A stretch of DNA of 64,000 bases from Calcarisporiella thermophila CBS 279.70 (lineage: Eukaryota > Fungi > Calcarisporiellomycota): contig NW_027192199.1 in assembly GCF_041956535.1 (NCBI RefSeq), positions 458,213-522,212 of the forward strand. Reading direction: 5' to 3'. The notes beneath the pieces are model-generated. The model was given only the letters and a program-made list of their open reading frames with translations. It did not search any database and had not been told where the DNA came from. Position numbers and translations under genes: made by a program. This document shows, in pieces, positions 13,424-27,532 of the stretch (its first letter is position 1; every line of letters starts with the position of its first letter).

Positions 13424-15232
13424 ATGGCAATGGAGCCTATATCCGTGACTCCTCAACTCGACCACCTTAAGAAGCTGGCCAAAAGTTGTGAACAACTGAG
13501 AAATGTCGCAGAATCACTTATTAATATCAAAAGACATGCATGTGAATTGGATGATGATTCAGAGGTAAGATCTAAATTGAATTTATGGCTGGGGATTGAG
13601 GTGACATTGTTGGTTTTATTTTTTGTAACAGACTGAAGCGAGTCTCTTGGAGAAAATCAAGCCGCTTGTTCAACAGACCCACATGATTCAAATGACTCTC
13701 AAGCGTTTGAATCGCAAAACATTTGTTCACACGCGTAGTTCTAAACTAAGTAGCGCGGAAAAGAAAGAGCGTCTTGAAGACTTGTTTCTACGGCTACATA
13801 ACTTACGATGTGAAAAGGCACATTACCGAACCGAGATATCGAGATATCAACAAGCAGAGTATGTGTTTATTCTAATATAATTGGCGCAGTTCTCTAAGCT
13901 GAAAGCTGCCCCTTAGATATCTTTATCATGAGGTCGCATTATTACCCGAGGAAGAATTTGCCGCAGTTGCTCCTCAAGAAATGCTTAAAGAAGAAGAATC
14001 GCACCAGAGATTTCTTAATCGTTTAAAATTTGAAATGGGAGAGAGAGAAAGGTATGTCCACACACTTTGACTAGTTGATATTTTTCACTCATATATCAAT
14101 ATTTAGGCTAATAGAAGAAGTAAATCGTCTCAAAGAAGCTAAAGAGACTTTGATGAAGGAAAATAAGCAGAAAAGAGCAGAGCTGAAAAACTTGGATGAT
14201 CAATTAGACGATTATTTAGCTGTAAGTACGATACAAATCCATACAACAATTATACATTCTCGATGTTTAATTTTTTTTCTAGAGATCAAAACCGCTACAG
14301 GATGCTTTGAAGATCCCGATTTCTGCGACTCGAAAACAGCGGGACAATTCAATGCTACTACCTCGCCCACTATATGTTTTATACCGTCAAGCAGTTGGTT
14401 TCTCGGATGCATTTGGTAAATTAGATAAGGATATACGCTATTCACTACCCTTTAGCTAGACCATATCTCCTTTAGAAAACTCTGTTCGTGTTGAAATCAC
14501 TGGCGATATCTCGGCTGCAGCATCTTATGCTGAGAATCAGAAGCGTCCCATCTCTACACCAGCTCCACAGGCACTTAACTCCTCATTTATGAGTAATCCA
14601 TCTTCAGTGGTTGTGCTTGATGAAGGAGAGGGAGAAGAGACTGAGGCAGGGAAGAGACATCATGGAAAGCATTCCTCACAGACAGATAAACAAGATATAT
14701 ATCGACGTCACCCTCTTGAAGTCGTGATTTCAATACGAGATGGAGGTAAAGCCCTATTTTGCAAATTTGTGAATATAACAAGAATCCTAATATTATTTAT
14801 TCAGACTCAAGTGAGAACAAATTCATCGCAACGCTTAAGTTTTCGTATCTTATCCAGTTGAACATTGTCGTTACTGCATTATTGGCAATGGAGGGATGGA
14901 ATCCGGCGGATGAGCCGTTATGTGATCTCTTTCCAGGAGATACTGGAAAAGATTCACCAAATCCCGCAAATGCGTATTTGTTTAAAGTTGGGTGAGTTTA
15001 TATTTGCCAATAATATCTGTCATTGAACCTCTCTCACAAATTTGCTTGCAGAGATCATTTCTTTAATCCAAAGGAGGCGGGTGGCTATGCTTTCAACTGG
15101 GCACAGCGGCTCTGTGGGAATGATTTTGCTCCGCAACAACAGCAGGTAGTTCACGAAGCAGTGATGGAGCGGCCATATTTTGCAAAAGTAGTGGAGATGA
15201 TCAGAGCATATGTGAAGGAACAAAAGAAATAG
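13424..15232 (+). CDS. THOC5: THO complex subunit 5 (FMIP) homolog
   Basis: LKRLNRKTF...LRLHNLRCEKAHYRTEI, LLPEEEF, HQRFLNRLKFEMGERERL, LLPRPLYVLY, RHPLEVVI, LFPGDTGKDSPNPAN, WAQRLCG. Confidence 0.88.
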
Positions 15233-15388
15233 AGTGAACAAAGAAGAGGGAACGAAAAAGAATAATTTTAAGAATTAAACTCCTTGATTTGTTAATAAAA
15301 TACAGTAGAACTGTTTTTGTATATTTAATCCAGTTGAAGCAAGGAAAACTTAAATTTAAAAAAAAACCCATTTAAATATATAGCAGCA

Positions 15389-17735
15389 CTAAAGAACCTC
15401 GTGCTTGTTGAACTGCTCAGCAAGATGTGATTTTTTGGGATGAGAGACGGATATACTCGAACGAAAGTCGTGCAAGATAATTATTTGCTCCATCTAAAAC
15501 AATACCCTATTAGTTAGAATTGCTTTGAATCCAATATTTTAAAACTATTCATATACTTTTTTCTCTATTCGATCTACAAGATCTTCGAGCTCTTCGACGA
15601 GCAAAGAACTTTTCAACTTGCTTCGACTTTTCAAAGTTTGATTCGTTTTGTATTCCTGAGTATAGTTATGTAACCTTTTGAGAAAAGTGAGCAAGAGATT
15701 TTTAAGCAACGGATAATTATGAATATACATTTTAAGCCGATATAATTCTTCTTCTAGTTGCCTAATAACGCGTCCGATGCCCAGATCCTCGGACTTAGTT
15801 GAGTAGTTAGTATTTCGAGGATCGACTATAATAGATAGAGATTAAAAAAGAAGATTAATATGAAAATGTATAAAAAAATATTTATGCTAGATTATACCCG
15901 AATTTCTATTTTTCCAGCCACAATTCGGGCATCTAGCTTGTTGAATAGTCTGCCTTCTAATTTTTCGTTCAAATGCAGGAATATTGAATCGTTCCTAAAC
16001 GATAAAGTTAAAAATATGAATTGTGAAAAGAAAAATATTAATCAATCTGATAAACACTTCATCAAGGGTGGGTTGTGTGAGTAACTTTTCATGAAATCGC
16101 TCCTTCTGTAATTCATCTTCAATCTCTGCTCTTCTTCGAGCACTTCGTTCTTTTGCCAGCGTATAACGAAGCTTCTAATTACAATATGTTCAGAAATTAA
16201 TAAATAGGCTTGAAGTATACCATGTAAGGATATGTAACTAACTCTCAGCGTGTGCTCCTTCTTTATTTCCCTCTGAAGCTTCTTGACCTAGAGTAAGAAT
16301 ACAATCATATTAGCGATGCCATTGTATAAACCAAAGCAATCACTATTAATTCACCTCTATCATATTCTTCCATGATTCATTCCCAGTATCATATTGATTT
16401 GTCTCTTTCCTCAGTTTCCCCATCCTACCTTCAGTCATCGCCATTTCATTATCGATTACCTGCGAATTGAGTTGCGAGTTATTTATGCCGACTGCAGGTG
16501 ATTGGTTCTGATATTCAATATAGTTTTTTCCAAAGGTTGCATGTCTAATGCCACTAGATGGTTCAGTACTCGGGTAAGGCTGATCTGGAATTCGAGAAAA
16601 GTATTTTCTCTCACTGGGTAGCCGACGATCAAGTTTTGAAAAGCCAATGGAATGGGAATCATGCAATGGCTCTTGATGTATACCCAACATAGAGCTCGCA
16701 TTTAATCGTGCGTTCAACTCAACTTTGTTCAATTGTCTACTTGGAATAGTTGTTTTGTCTTTAGCTTCTTCTGTGTGGATGTGCGCATGATACCAGCGTA
16801 ACTCCTGTTCAATCTCATTAATACGTTGTTGTGAAAGATGGAGTGACTCTTTCTCATACTCTAGCTCCTGCTTTTTGCGAAGAAGTTGCTGAACGAGAGC
16901 TTTGAAACTAGAGTGAATAATAGGTAACTCTAACATTTGTAAATCTGTACTTACACCCGGAGCCACCTATAATAGGTAGGTGTTCCCTGTCTGCAACAAC
17001 ACTCTTTTCGCTTTTCAGTGGAAGATGGTCTTGCTTTCTACTACTAGCCTCCTTATCTTCGGTATTTTGATAGGCGTCATTATTTTGAATATATTGTAGG
17101 CGTCGCGACATAGCCTCATAAAAGCTTTCACCTTTATATTTGCTATCTCCCTCATTTGAGTGAGCTACAATATCGTTACTGCAAATGCGATCAGAACTAT
17201 TGTTTTGTTCCAAATCTCCGCGCCTTGCGATTGCGATTGGGAGATGCAGCTGGGATTATAGAATAGAATTGAAAAGAAAAAAAATCATTTAATTATATAT
17301 CTTAAAATTCTCCAATTAACTAGCACTCACATAATTAGGTGTATTTTCAACAGATTGCCCTTGCTCCTCGAAGAACTCTCTAATGCTATTTCTTTTTTCC
17401 AATTCTTTAGTTTTCCGTTCTTGCGCTTTGGAATTCGTCCTCTCCATAATTTGCCGCATAAATCTAACTGTCCCATTTCTCCGTCCTATATTTTGCATAT
17501 TCCGATCTCGGCCAAGCGTTTCAGAAAGATATACTCCACTTGGTTCTGATGCACTTCGATCTGTCACTAATTGATTTTCTACGCGATCGGGATGTGAAGT
17601 AGACGTGAAAGTTTCAGATGGAGCTCGTACTAATTCCATGGTTTTATTATTATGAGAGGGATTTGCGCTAGTTATACTGATCTGTTGATAACGTTGAGGA
17701 AGAGATGTAACGTCAGATTGAAAAGTATTATTCAT
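15389..17735 (-). CDS. Hypothetical coiled-coil protein, multi-exon
   Basis: ORFs 17316..17735, 16908..17213 and 16346..16966 plus short downstream exons join via GT-AG introns. Charged heptad-like stretches. Stop at 15389. Confidence 0.6.
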
Positions 17736-18345
17736 TTTAAACGTTTTAAAAATGAGAGTCGAAAGTTACGCGACTATGCAGTTGATGATTAGCTGGGATT
17801 AATTTAATTTCATTGGAAATACTTTGGCATTTAATTCATACTCTGAAATCCAACTTATACTAACTACCCAAAAATCCTAATCCCGTCTTTCATAAAGCAA
17901 ACCCAACTTTTAAAAATTATAGTATTATAAAAAAGCTTATCTTCCTATTTGACCTTCATTTAGTAACATTATGAGAGGATAAGTGTTCGGATATAATATG
18001 CGATAAACATCTCTAAAAAGTAACTTGTAGAAATGATGTATGATTATAGAAATTAAATAGAATAGCGGTGGGAGTAACACCGTTACCAGTAGATTGCTAA
18101 TAAGCCTGAGAGCAGCTACTTTAGTTATAAAATAAAAGAGGAAGCTGAGTATCAGGATGATACCTTGGTATCAAGTTAATGTTAATTTTTATGATTTTTG
18201 TATTCAACTCGTTGAGAAAATGATATTGCAATTCTATACAAGTTAAATATAATATTTGTGAGATAAGTTAATGTACAGGCAAAACAGTGAAAATGTAACC
18301 ACTGAGAATAACTACAAAAATAAACTCGCATTAATATTTAGATAT

Positions 18346-19289
18346 TTAATAATATCCATTGTATCCATATACACGTTGAAGACCTAAAGCGTGATCCATC
18401 CGTCGCATCCTCTCCCTCCTTTCGCGCTGTATACGTAGTGCAGTATCAAGTGCAGCAATACGCTCTTGTCTAGTTTTGGGAGTGCTATTAGCAGTTGCAG
18501 GTTTCAAAGGAGCCATCGCCTCGGTCCGTTCATCTGCATCCAAATAACGTATATTCGCGCGACATCGTTTCTCTAGGCGTGGCGACGAAGCATCGCTTCC
18601 ATTTTCGGCCCCGTCGATAAATCGTGAAGTATCGGGGCGAGATTCTAAATATCTGAGGAGAAGGCTTTTAAGAAAATGGTAATCAGCAAGTGAATGTAAA
18701 AACTATACCTTTGGAATCCGCGTGTTTCCAATTTCTTTATAATTGACGTAAGTGATCTCCAGGGGAGTAGCCATTCCGCCAGTCGTTTTACAGCGATTTC
18801 ATAAGAGTCAGTGTTCTCATTCGGCTTCACTCTTTCCCCTAATAACAACAATGAAGGACCCTTTTATTAAATATACATATAAGATATTTCGTACTTAAAT
18901 GATAGAATTTGGCAAGAGCTCTCAACTCTTCCTCATCCCACGGCTCATTTTCCGGCTTAGTATTGTGATTGTATTTTCTGACAGAAAGAAGCATTAATGG
19001 CTCTCTGATGCTAGACTACAAAAAATGAAACCAATTAGTGAAAAAAGAATGAATCATTTTAGAAGAATGAAATAATTTACACCATCGCTATCTAATTTGC
19101 GGGATCCACTCTGAACAATGTGCCATTGTCCCGGACCTGCAGCTTCTATAAGAAATAATGTAGAACACTGAATGTTGATACTAATAGTGATCCCTACTCA
19201 CCCAGACTGCTAGATACCGGCATTAAATCTTGCGATTTAAAGTCCAGCAAAATTCCGAGGCCATCGCCATCATCTTCAGCTGTCGCCAT
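18346..19289 (-). CDS. Hypothetical protein with a possible Myb/SANT-like segment (PWDEEELRAL...LLPWRS)
   Basis: Five exons splice in frame from ATG 19289 to stop 18346. Divergent from centrin. Confidence 0.55.
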
Positions 19290-19325
19290 TTTTTTATAAT
19301 AAAATTAAATGTGAATAATAACCTT

Positions 19326-19352
19326 ACGCGAAAAAATTTACCTGTGACGCGT
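19326..19352 (+). promoter_or_regulatory. MCB/SCB-like cell-cycle boxes (ACGCGAAA, ACGCGT) in the centrin bidirectional promoter
   Basis: Two CGCG-core elements within a 140-bp AT-rich spacer. Confidence 0.4.
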
Positions 19353-19429
19353 AAAAAGCTCCGTGACTTTTCTGTCATTTTTATATTTCTTTCTATTCAA
19401 TTGAATCAAGAAATTCATTTAGCCAAAAT

Positions 19430-20126
19430 ATGAACTTATATACTACCCCACGATCAAAGGCACGTAGACCTCCGCCGAAAATTGAACTTACTGAGGATCA
19501 AAAAACGATGATTCGCGAGGCGTTTGAGTTGTTTGATGGGGATAAAGATGGCGCTCTCGATTATCATGAATTGAAGGTAATAAGTTTTATCGGTGTAAAT
19601 CAGGAAAATAACATTAAAACCTGAATACTCTATAGGTGGCAATGCGTGCACTCGGTTTTGACGTGAAGAAGTCAGAAGTGTTAAAACTACTACGGGAACA
19701 CGATAAAACAGGAATGAGTTTAATGGAATGGGACGATTTCAACAGAATAAGTTGGTTTATTTCTTTTGTCTTTGGATATGCTCACATCGTGCTTATAATT
19801 CTCAACTATATTAGTGACTGAGTGGATATTGGCGAGAGATCCACTCGATGAAATTCGACAAGCATTCCGACTCTTTGATGACGATAATACAGGAAAGATA
19901 TCCATCCGAAATTTACGCCGCGTTGCCAAGGAACTCGGCGAGAATATTGACGACGAAGAATTGCAAGCAATGATTGATGAATTTGATTTAGACGAGGACG
20001 GCGAAAGTAAGTGGATGTCCTGGTCATGTATCGGCCATTCATTCCCTATTTACATATCATTTCTTCACCTTCCAAATAGTTAACGAACAAGAGTTCATTG
20101 CAATAATGACAGACGACCGGACCTAG
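19430..20126 (+). CDS. CDC31: Centrin (Cdc31/centrin-3 type), EF-hand protein
   Basis: [83 protein letters not shown]. Confidence 0.95.
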
Positions 20127-20573
20127 CTACACTTGCTAGCATTTTTTATCAATTTGTTTTGTATATCCATACTCTAGTTTCCTGCAAAATAAGTAAAATG
20201 CTCTTAAATTAATTGGTAATCTAAAAATTAGCCACCTATGTGTCAATTATATTAAAGTTCTTTTCCATTCATCATTTTGCCACCTTATTTAACCACCTCA
20301 CCATTTTTTTCATTTGACAAAAATTTTCAAATTCTATAAACAATTCAGCATTGATAACTTTTGAGCATTCCTGGAAGAAAAGCTTCGTGAGATCTTTCTA
20401 AAGATTGTTTTTGATATACATTCTTTTATTGAATCTACTTTTGTTATATAATTAATGATATATTCTACAAAGGGTAAAAGCACCTCAGAAAAAAGACAGA
20501 AGCCGCATGCTGCTAATAATCTACAAGAATCGTTAAAACTTATTAAAGGCATGTCTCTTCTGCATTAAATGAT

Positions 20574-21780
20574 TTGTCACCACACTGGCACAGCGAAGGT
20601 TTATTCCTTCGACTATTATCTTTACTAGAGACATTCAATATTGAACCTTCGCTCGTCTCGTGCAGGTACTTTTTAATTGGTACTTGCAATCGGGGTGCAA
20701 AATGTCCTTTCTTACATGACAAGAGCATACGTGCTGAAAGTGTAATATGCCAATACTATCAAACTAATGAATGCCGCTACAGAGACCGTTGTATAGTTTG
20801 GCACACTAAATCGCCGGAGAGAACATTATCCATCAAAAATAGCTTCAATAATATAATAACTTAGAGCATGAAACCAGATCACTCTTTTCCTCTCCTGAAC
20901 TAGAAGCCAGTTAATGCTCCACTATATCCCAAATGAAGAGAAAATTTCAACCACACTCACCCAAAGCAACTTTTCTCTTGCCTTTTCCTCTTCGGTGGAT
21001 GTGGTAAAGGGAATATTTCCTGCATCTCTGACGTAGCTCTTGGATCTGGTAGAAGAGATAGAGATGGGAGATCCTGGTCTAGCCGGATCACTTTCTCCAC
21101 AATCAGAGGTCGACTTCGACTCTTATTCACATATCCTACAGATGTCGCTTAATTCATCCTTTGAAGGTGTAGTAAAGAATAAGGATCCTTGTAAACCGCA
21201 GTTGTCTAGCGACCTCTCTTCATTTGGTCAACAACTTAATAGTTCAATGCGTAATCCTCTCCCCTCTAATACAACTAGCAACATGTCTAATTCAATACTG
21301 CGCTATCACGATCAGCCATCACGATCAGCCATCACAAGAGCATTGCAAAACTAGTTTGGATGCAGCATTACTACTACTGATCCAGCTTTGATGAACTACA
21401 GCGGCTCTTATACGATGCCCTATGAGGTCCACTATTTCCATCCCGCTTCTCTATTTTACTTTGGTGCAATGTTGAATAGTGCCTTTCAAACTCCTAATTC
21501 CCCTATATCATCTGCCAAGTTTAACATGGAGGATACACTAACAAATACACTGGAGCAATATCAAATGTACTCAATTTTAGACTATTTTTACCAGGATACA
21601 TATCCACTCATGACCACCACCAACATTGCTTCTTCACAGCATAAAGACCATCAAATATACGATCTAGCCTTAGGTAGAGAATCTACATTTGTGCCTACAT
21701 CAACCACAGAGTTGCTGCTAAACAGTGCAAACTATGCTGCTGTAATTATGCTATCATTTTCAATGCATTTGCTTTATTAG
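20574..21780 (+). pseudogene. Degraded tandem CCCH zinc-finger (makorin-N-terminus-like) locus
   Basis: CRYFLIGTCNRGAKCPFLH and CQYYQTNECRYRDRCIVWH, followed by stops and fragmented S/N-rich ORFs. No clear ATG or introns rescue the frame. Confidence 0.5.
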
Positions 21781-22365
21781 ATTCCCGCTAACTGGTTTAC
21801 TCTACCATCAGCAAAAACGTTTCCCAGCAGATAGCCTATATAAAGTTCAACGAGAACTTTCACTCGAAAACGCATATTACTCATTTTGACGACCACAATT
21901 GATATAAGCAGATTTTCCTAATCGCCTTTCATTTATTCCCATGCCAATATGTTTAGACTATTCATGATATACAAAGCAATATGATTTATAATTTATTGGA
22001 ATGCTTTGACATTTTGCTTTACAATTGAATTAATTACTTAAATTCAAAGAGATAATTCCCTTGGCAAATTTGTGAATTTGCGGCTTCTAAACCCGGTCAC
22101 TAATTTTTTTTTTGCTTCCAAAATGCCATTTCAACCATCGGTTTATTCTATTCTCAGAAGAATCTAATGATATAGAGGAGAGTAAAGCTTCTCCCGGTAA
22201 AATAACAAAGAGGAAATTGATGTAATAAAAGGAGGCAAAATGAAAACGTAAAGCAAATAATCAAAGCGCGTAAACAAAAAAGAAATGCGAATATGCCTCA
22301 AAAAATATTTCTAATCAATACAGTTCGCAGATTTCAAAATAAAAATATGAAAGAACTCCGCATCA

Positions 22366-24366
22366 CTATCCCATGCTACTATCTAAATAACTAAATTCGC
22401 CCATCATCGCGGAAGCATAAAAGTCGTCAGTTTCCCTCCCGTATCCTTCCTCATAAGGTTCTGGGACAGCAAGTGATTCAAATCTATGACTTGCCGAATG
22501 CCTCTCTATTGAAAAAAATATATTGTATGAGACAAAAAAAAAAAAAGAGAGTAAGAATGCATTAAAACCATACCGTTTTCAAATCCTTTTCCTACGCACT
22601 CGTCGCACAGATCAACTTCTTCCCCACGCGGGCAATCCGAACATTTATATCTTATTCCAACAATAGGGTCACTTCCACACATATCGCAACAAAAACCATG
22701 GTGCACAATTAAGCCTTCTTCCTTTCCAACCAAAGCGGCAGTATCTGGTTGATTAGATATAGTAGAGGGAAATGGCATAGCTCGCTTTATCTCAGCGTCA
22801 TCGTCGTCATCGTCTTCCGGCATTAGCACTGAGGGAGCTGCCTGATAATTGTTATAATAAGTGCCCGAGATGCGAGTTTTAGGAGGACCACAAACTTGCA
22901 AGCGTGTGGTGCCTCGATTAGAATTTGAGGAAGTCTCAGGAGTGGAGGTTCGGGAAAGAGAGATAGAGCCATTAGAGCGAGCATGAGATTTAGAATTAGT
23001 GGGAGTTGAGGATGCTTTGTTTGGAGAGTTGGCCTAAGAAAAAAATAGTATAAATTATGGTTTCTTTGATATTGTTAGAAATAAATTACCGAGTGAATAT
23101 GTGAGGATTTCCCAGGAATCGGAAGTCCACGCTTCTCAAGTTTTGCAAAATATTTCTGTAACCAACTTGCCACCTTGTCAAAACATTACAAATCTAAATT
23201 TTAATACAATTTCATACGAATAAATATATTCATTTTTTTCATACCTGTCTTGGTGTTCTGGTTCCAAGTGCGGCAGAAATTTTATTATATCGGTGTTGCT
23301 GAACAGGCTCTTCAGGATATACTTCAAGTAGTTCAACTATCCGCCTCTGAATGGTTGAATGAAAAATAAAATCCAGATTAGATTATGTTATAAAATAAAG
23401 TAACACACCAACCTTTTCTTCCTCTGACCATGGAATAATATGCGTTGTTGTTTTAATGTTTCCATTCATTTTTTGCGAACGATTCTTATGTGATTCAGGT
23501 GATTTTCCCATACTTTGAAGAATGAATCCGCTGGTTAGTCTGGTGAGTATAAAACTATACAATATGAAAAATACCAACCCTCCTGAAACTGAGGATTCTA
23601 ATCTTTCATTAAAACCTCCATATGTTATATGATCTCCATTTACTTCTGGAATTTTCGGTGTGCCATAGTTAGCTCCGGTCGTACGGCTTGCTGGTGAAGA
23701 GAGTCCGGTGGAGGGCGGATAGAAACTAGGAGATGCGGGCGGAGGCATAGAAAGAATACTTTGCTAAAATTATAAGAAAGTTAATAATATCCCCTATAAA
23801 CGATACTAGAAAAACGGACTGACTCTATAGGGAGACTCGTACGGAGAATAGCGTAGTGTAGATTCAAGTCGTATCCGCCGTTCAGGTATATTAAGGTATT
23901 TTTCCCAGTTAATATTTGGGACCGCGATTACACTCTGTAATTTGGGTGGTTTCATGTTTTTCTAATAAAAAGAGTACATTATTAGCTGAATATCTCTAGT
24001 TGCAAGTTAATCGATAACATAACAAATAAATGTAAACCTTAGAGATGCTTACACCATGCCTAAGTCTCTCCACAAAATCAAACGGCTCCTCCAACGCTTC
24101 CTTCTTTAGAGATTTCAGTAGTTCCATATCTTTTTTCGCTTGCTCCAGCTGTCGTTGCAGTACATTTATGGCCCGATTTACCATTTGGTAGCTATATCCA
24201 TATATATATAGATAAGAATTAACCTTAAGTGTTTCCTTTGCAATTCAATTTACTCGTCATTCTTATTGAGCATTTGTTCCTCATTTTCTGGTAGAGAGGA
24301 TGGAGAAGATTGTGTGTTTATATCTTTCATATCTTGTCCCCGAATACTATATAAATCGGTTGCCAT
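22366..24366 (-). CDS. ZZZ3: ZZZ3-like protein (Myb/SANT + ZZ zinc finger)
   Basis: LKKEALEEPFDFVERL, PWSEEEK...[60 protein letters not shown]...DLCDEC. Confidence 0.85.
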
Positions 24367-24449
24367 GTCATGTTTTCTCTTAAAAGGATCTCTTTTATAA
24401 TTAAAAAAAAAACTTCGCACTTCGCTAGGGAAGTCATAAAATAGAAAGG

Positions 24450-24457
24450 CAGTCACA
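24450..24457 (+). promoter_or_regulatory. HomolD-like box CAGTCACA in ZZZ3/RPC4 bidirectional promoter
   Basis: Exact octamer in a 146-bp spacer. Confidence 0.4.
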
Positions 24458-24512
24458 ATTCAATAAAACAAATTCGTTATCCTGTTCCTTCAACTACAAT
24501 CAACTCAAGTAA

Positions 24513-26154
24513 ATGTCAGACAAAGATTCCACAAGGCGCAAACCGGAAAATAATGATCCAGCAAAACCAACGCTCGGAACCCTTCATAATGAACCACCTC
24601 CAGCTGGGAGATTAGGATCGTTGCGCGGGGGCTCAGCGATGGCGGGCGGACAACGAAAGGTAATTTCAACCAAATAGTTTTTTTTTACCGCGTCATTTAA
24701 AAGGAATTTCTGGTAGATGAAATTCACGCCTACAGTACCAGCAAGACGAGTTAAAAAGGAAGCGTATGTAGGATCTTTCGACCTGTCTTCAAATTTCAAT
24801 TAACTGAAATCACATTTAGAACTCCCTCGTTGCTGGAGGATGCTATGGCTAAATCAAAGACCGAAGAATCTGCTGGGCGGGGACGTGGTGAAGGTAGGGG
24901 ACGTGGGCGAGGCTCAGGACGTGGACGTGGACGTGGCAGGGGTAATTTTACAATTTATATAAGCTGGTTTTATTATTCCTGATTCATGCTTTTATTCGCC
25001 TTAGGCCGCGGCATAGAGCCAGAAGTGGTCGCATCAGGTCCTTTTTCAATGGGCCCAGCCGCTTCTACTACTGCTACTCGACGTGCTGGTGGTGGAAGTG
25101 GTGGTTTGGCTTCTTATATAGGTGGGACTGGACGGCAGAATGAAGACGAGGACGGCTCTGCAACTATTGGAAATGAGATGGATCCATGGGCCCCTGTTTC
25201 AATTAAAAAAGACCATGATATGCCAGTAAACAGTGAAATCAAATCAGAAATTATGGAAGTGGATGTCGCAGAAGGTAAGAGTTAGTTTGCAAAATCAATC
25301 ACTGCCTATATTTATCATGAAAAAATTCTTAAAATCCTTTAAAAATAGCCGAGAAAGCGGTGCCGGAGCTTGCACAAGATAAGCTGAACGAAGATAAAAA
25401 GAGTGGGCTAGATAATGTGACGGATGAGTTTGTGAAAGGCCTAGTTTCTTATCTCAATGAGGTTAGACACTTGTACTGTTTTATTTTAGCTATAGTGAAC
25501 TTATATTTCTATTGATCAATTAAGCAATCGGCAGCAGATGATCGTCTTCTATTTTTCCAATTCCCCTCTGTATTCCCGAACTTTGAGCACGCCCCCATAG
25601 ATGAAATTTCCACAAAAATCAAGCCAGATCCTGATGCTCTTGAACTGACTTCTCCAGACACAAGCGTATCTCCCCAGCCTGGAGAAGGCGAAGTTAAGGT
25701 TAAAAAGGAACCCATTGAAATAACGATTGATGATTTGACCAAAAAGGAAAAAGGCCTGGTGGCTGTGAAGAAGGAGCCCGGTTTAAGTGAGAACCAAGAA
25801 CGGAGTGATAAAGGTGAAGCAAATGAAGGATTGGTTGGAAAACTAGTAGTGTATGCATCGGGTAAAGTGAAGATGAAGTTTGGTGATATCATCCTGGATG
25901 TATGTAGTTCCTAGTGATCAATGTATATTTTCCTATATATATTTAATATTTTTGTATTTTGTATCATCTCTTAGGTTACGGATGGGGCAGATTGCTCATT
26001 CCTTCAGCACATTGTAGCACTTGATGCAAATAGCAAACAAGCATTTGTTGTGGGGTCCGTTGGAAAACGTTTTGTGTGTGTGCCTGATATTGACATGTTG
26101 TTGGTATCAGAGAATGAGAAGGAGCTTGATCAGGAAATGAAGGAGGAGCTTTAA
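24513..26154 (+). CDS. RPC4: RNA polymerase III subunit C4 (Rpc53)
   Basis: MKFTPTVPARR, GRG repeats, VASGPFSMGP, LLFFQFPSVFP, EGLVGKLVVYASGKVKMKFGDIILDVTDGADCSFLQ. Confidence 0.9.
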
Positions 26155-26272
26155 ATGATCTTGTGTATTGCCTTTTTTAAATATATTTTCCACTTGTAAG
26201 TTTTTTACAATTTAATTATAAACACTTTTTTCGCATAGAGTGGTATATAGATATAAAAAGTATTATATCAAT

Positions 26273-27362
26273 TTATTTCTCTGCAGCACTCTCTTTTGTG
26301 CTTTCATCGCGCCGATTACCATAAGTAGCTGTCAAGTACTGCTCCATTTCCTCCACACTTAGAGGCAAATTCCTTTGTGGTAACCTCAAATACAAACGTT
26401 TTAATCGAATTGCAATGACTTGCATGTCCTCTAAAGTTGTATCAAACACCTCCCACCAGGGAGGATTTGTGGGCAATTTTACTCCCAACTCTCTTGCAGC
26501 GAGCCAAATGACAGCACTAGCTATTGTCGGGGGCTGATAGCAAACATAGATATTCGTCCTGAGTCTAAAAGAGCAAAACTAAGCAAAAGGGAAAAAGGGA
26601 TACTGAAAAGGAGACCTACCCATCGTTCAGATAATTCCATGCTCGTTGTGGTAGTTCCTTGTGACTCTCGAGTTCAAGTACTTGGAGGTAATTGAACATA
26701 AGTCCATAAGGCAAGCGGACGTGAACGTCGAACCCAAGGCGCTTTAAAATATGCATCTCTGACACAATCATTGCATTTTTCATATCATAAAATATCTGAG
26801 AATTCATATAATGTTTCAGCAAACAGCATTCACGTCAGCGAAGATTAGGAGCTACCTGAGAGAATTGATCCATTGGCTCCACCGCTGGAACTTTTTTTAA
26901 TCTCCTTATTAAATAATAGTACACATTTATGAGATCGCGGATTCGCACCATACATTCCTCTATTTTCGAAGCAAGAAATAGCGACCCCATACCGATATCC
27001 TACTTCAAATTAGATTATTTGAGAATTAACTATTCACTGCAAACACGCGCTACCTTTATTCCGTACTTTCTCAATGACGCCATGTAAAAGAAACGCTGAA
27101 ACAAAACTTGTGCTGTTGCCATCGCAGCCTGTGGTCTACCGAAATCAATTAATTTTTATTTGTTTTCACGATAACAAATTAAACATCATTTCTCTTACAA
27201 TCTCAACAAGATCCCTGCCGACTGTATAAGTTCACATCCTATATTTCTTAAATCATCCTCAAGGTCCTCTGGGATATCGTCACGTCGTGAGGGCGTGATC
27301 TCGAGTTGCTCACGACTAACAATGGCATTCTGTTCTATGACTAGAACACGATCCCCTGCCAT
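26273..27362 (-). CDS. Cyclin L homolog
   Basis: [83 protein letters not shown]. Confidence 0.9.
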
Positions 27363-27424
27363 ATTCCTGCTAATTGGTCAATAGAACTAGATATCGGTAG
27401 AATCATAAAGGTCTTATGCAAAAA

Positions 27425-27432
27425 TGTGACTG
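27425..27432 (-). promoter_or_regulatory. HomolD-like box (TGTGACTG) in cyclin L/PDK bidirectional promoter
   Basis: Exact octamer in a 170-bp spacer. Confidence 0.4.
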
Positions 27433-27532
27433 GCAATTTTTTCTATTCATCTTTCCGTTCTCTCGGGAATTTTCGCTTGGAGCTCTCTTCCTTCTCCACA
27501 CTTTTACATTCCCTTACTAAAGATTAGACAAC

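Noticed and set aside
24876-24942. GGACGT-type tandem repeat
   Set aside because: Encodes the GRG low-complexity tract of RPC4 and is not an independent repeat or CRISPR.
25509-25892. 127-aa minus-strand ORF
   Set aside because: Antisense to the conserved RPC4 C-terminal exon.
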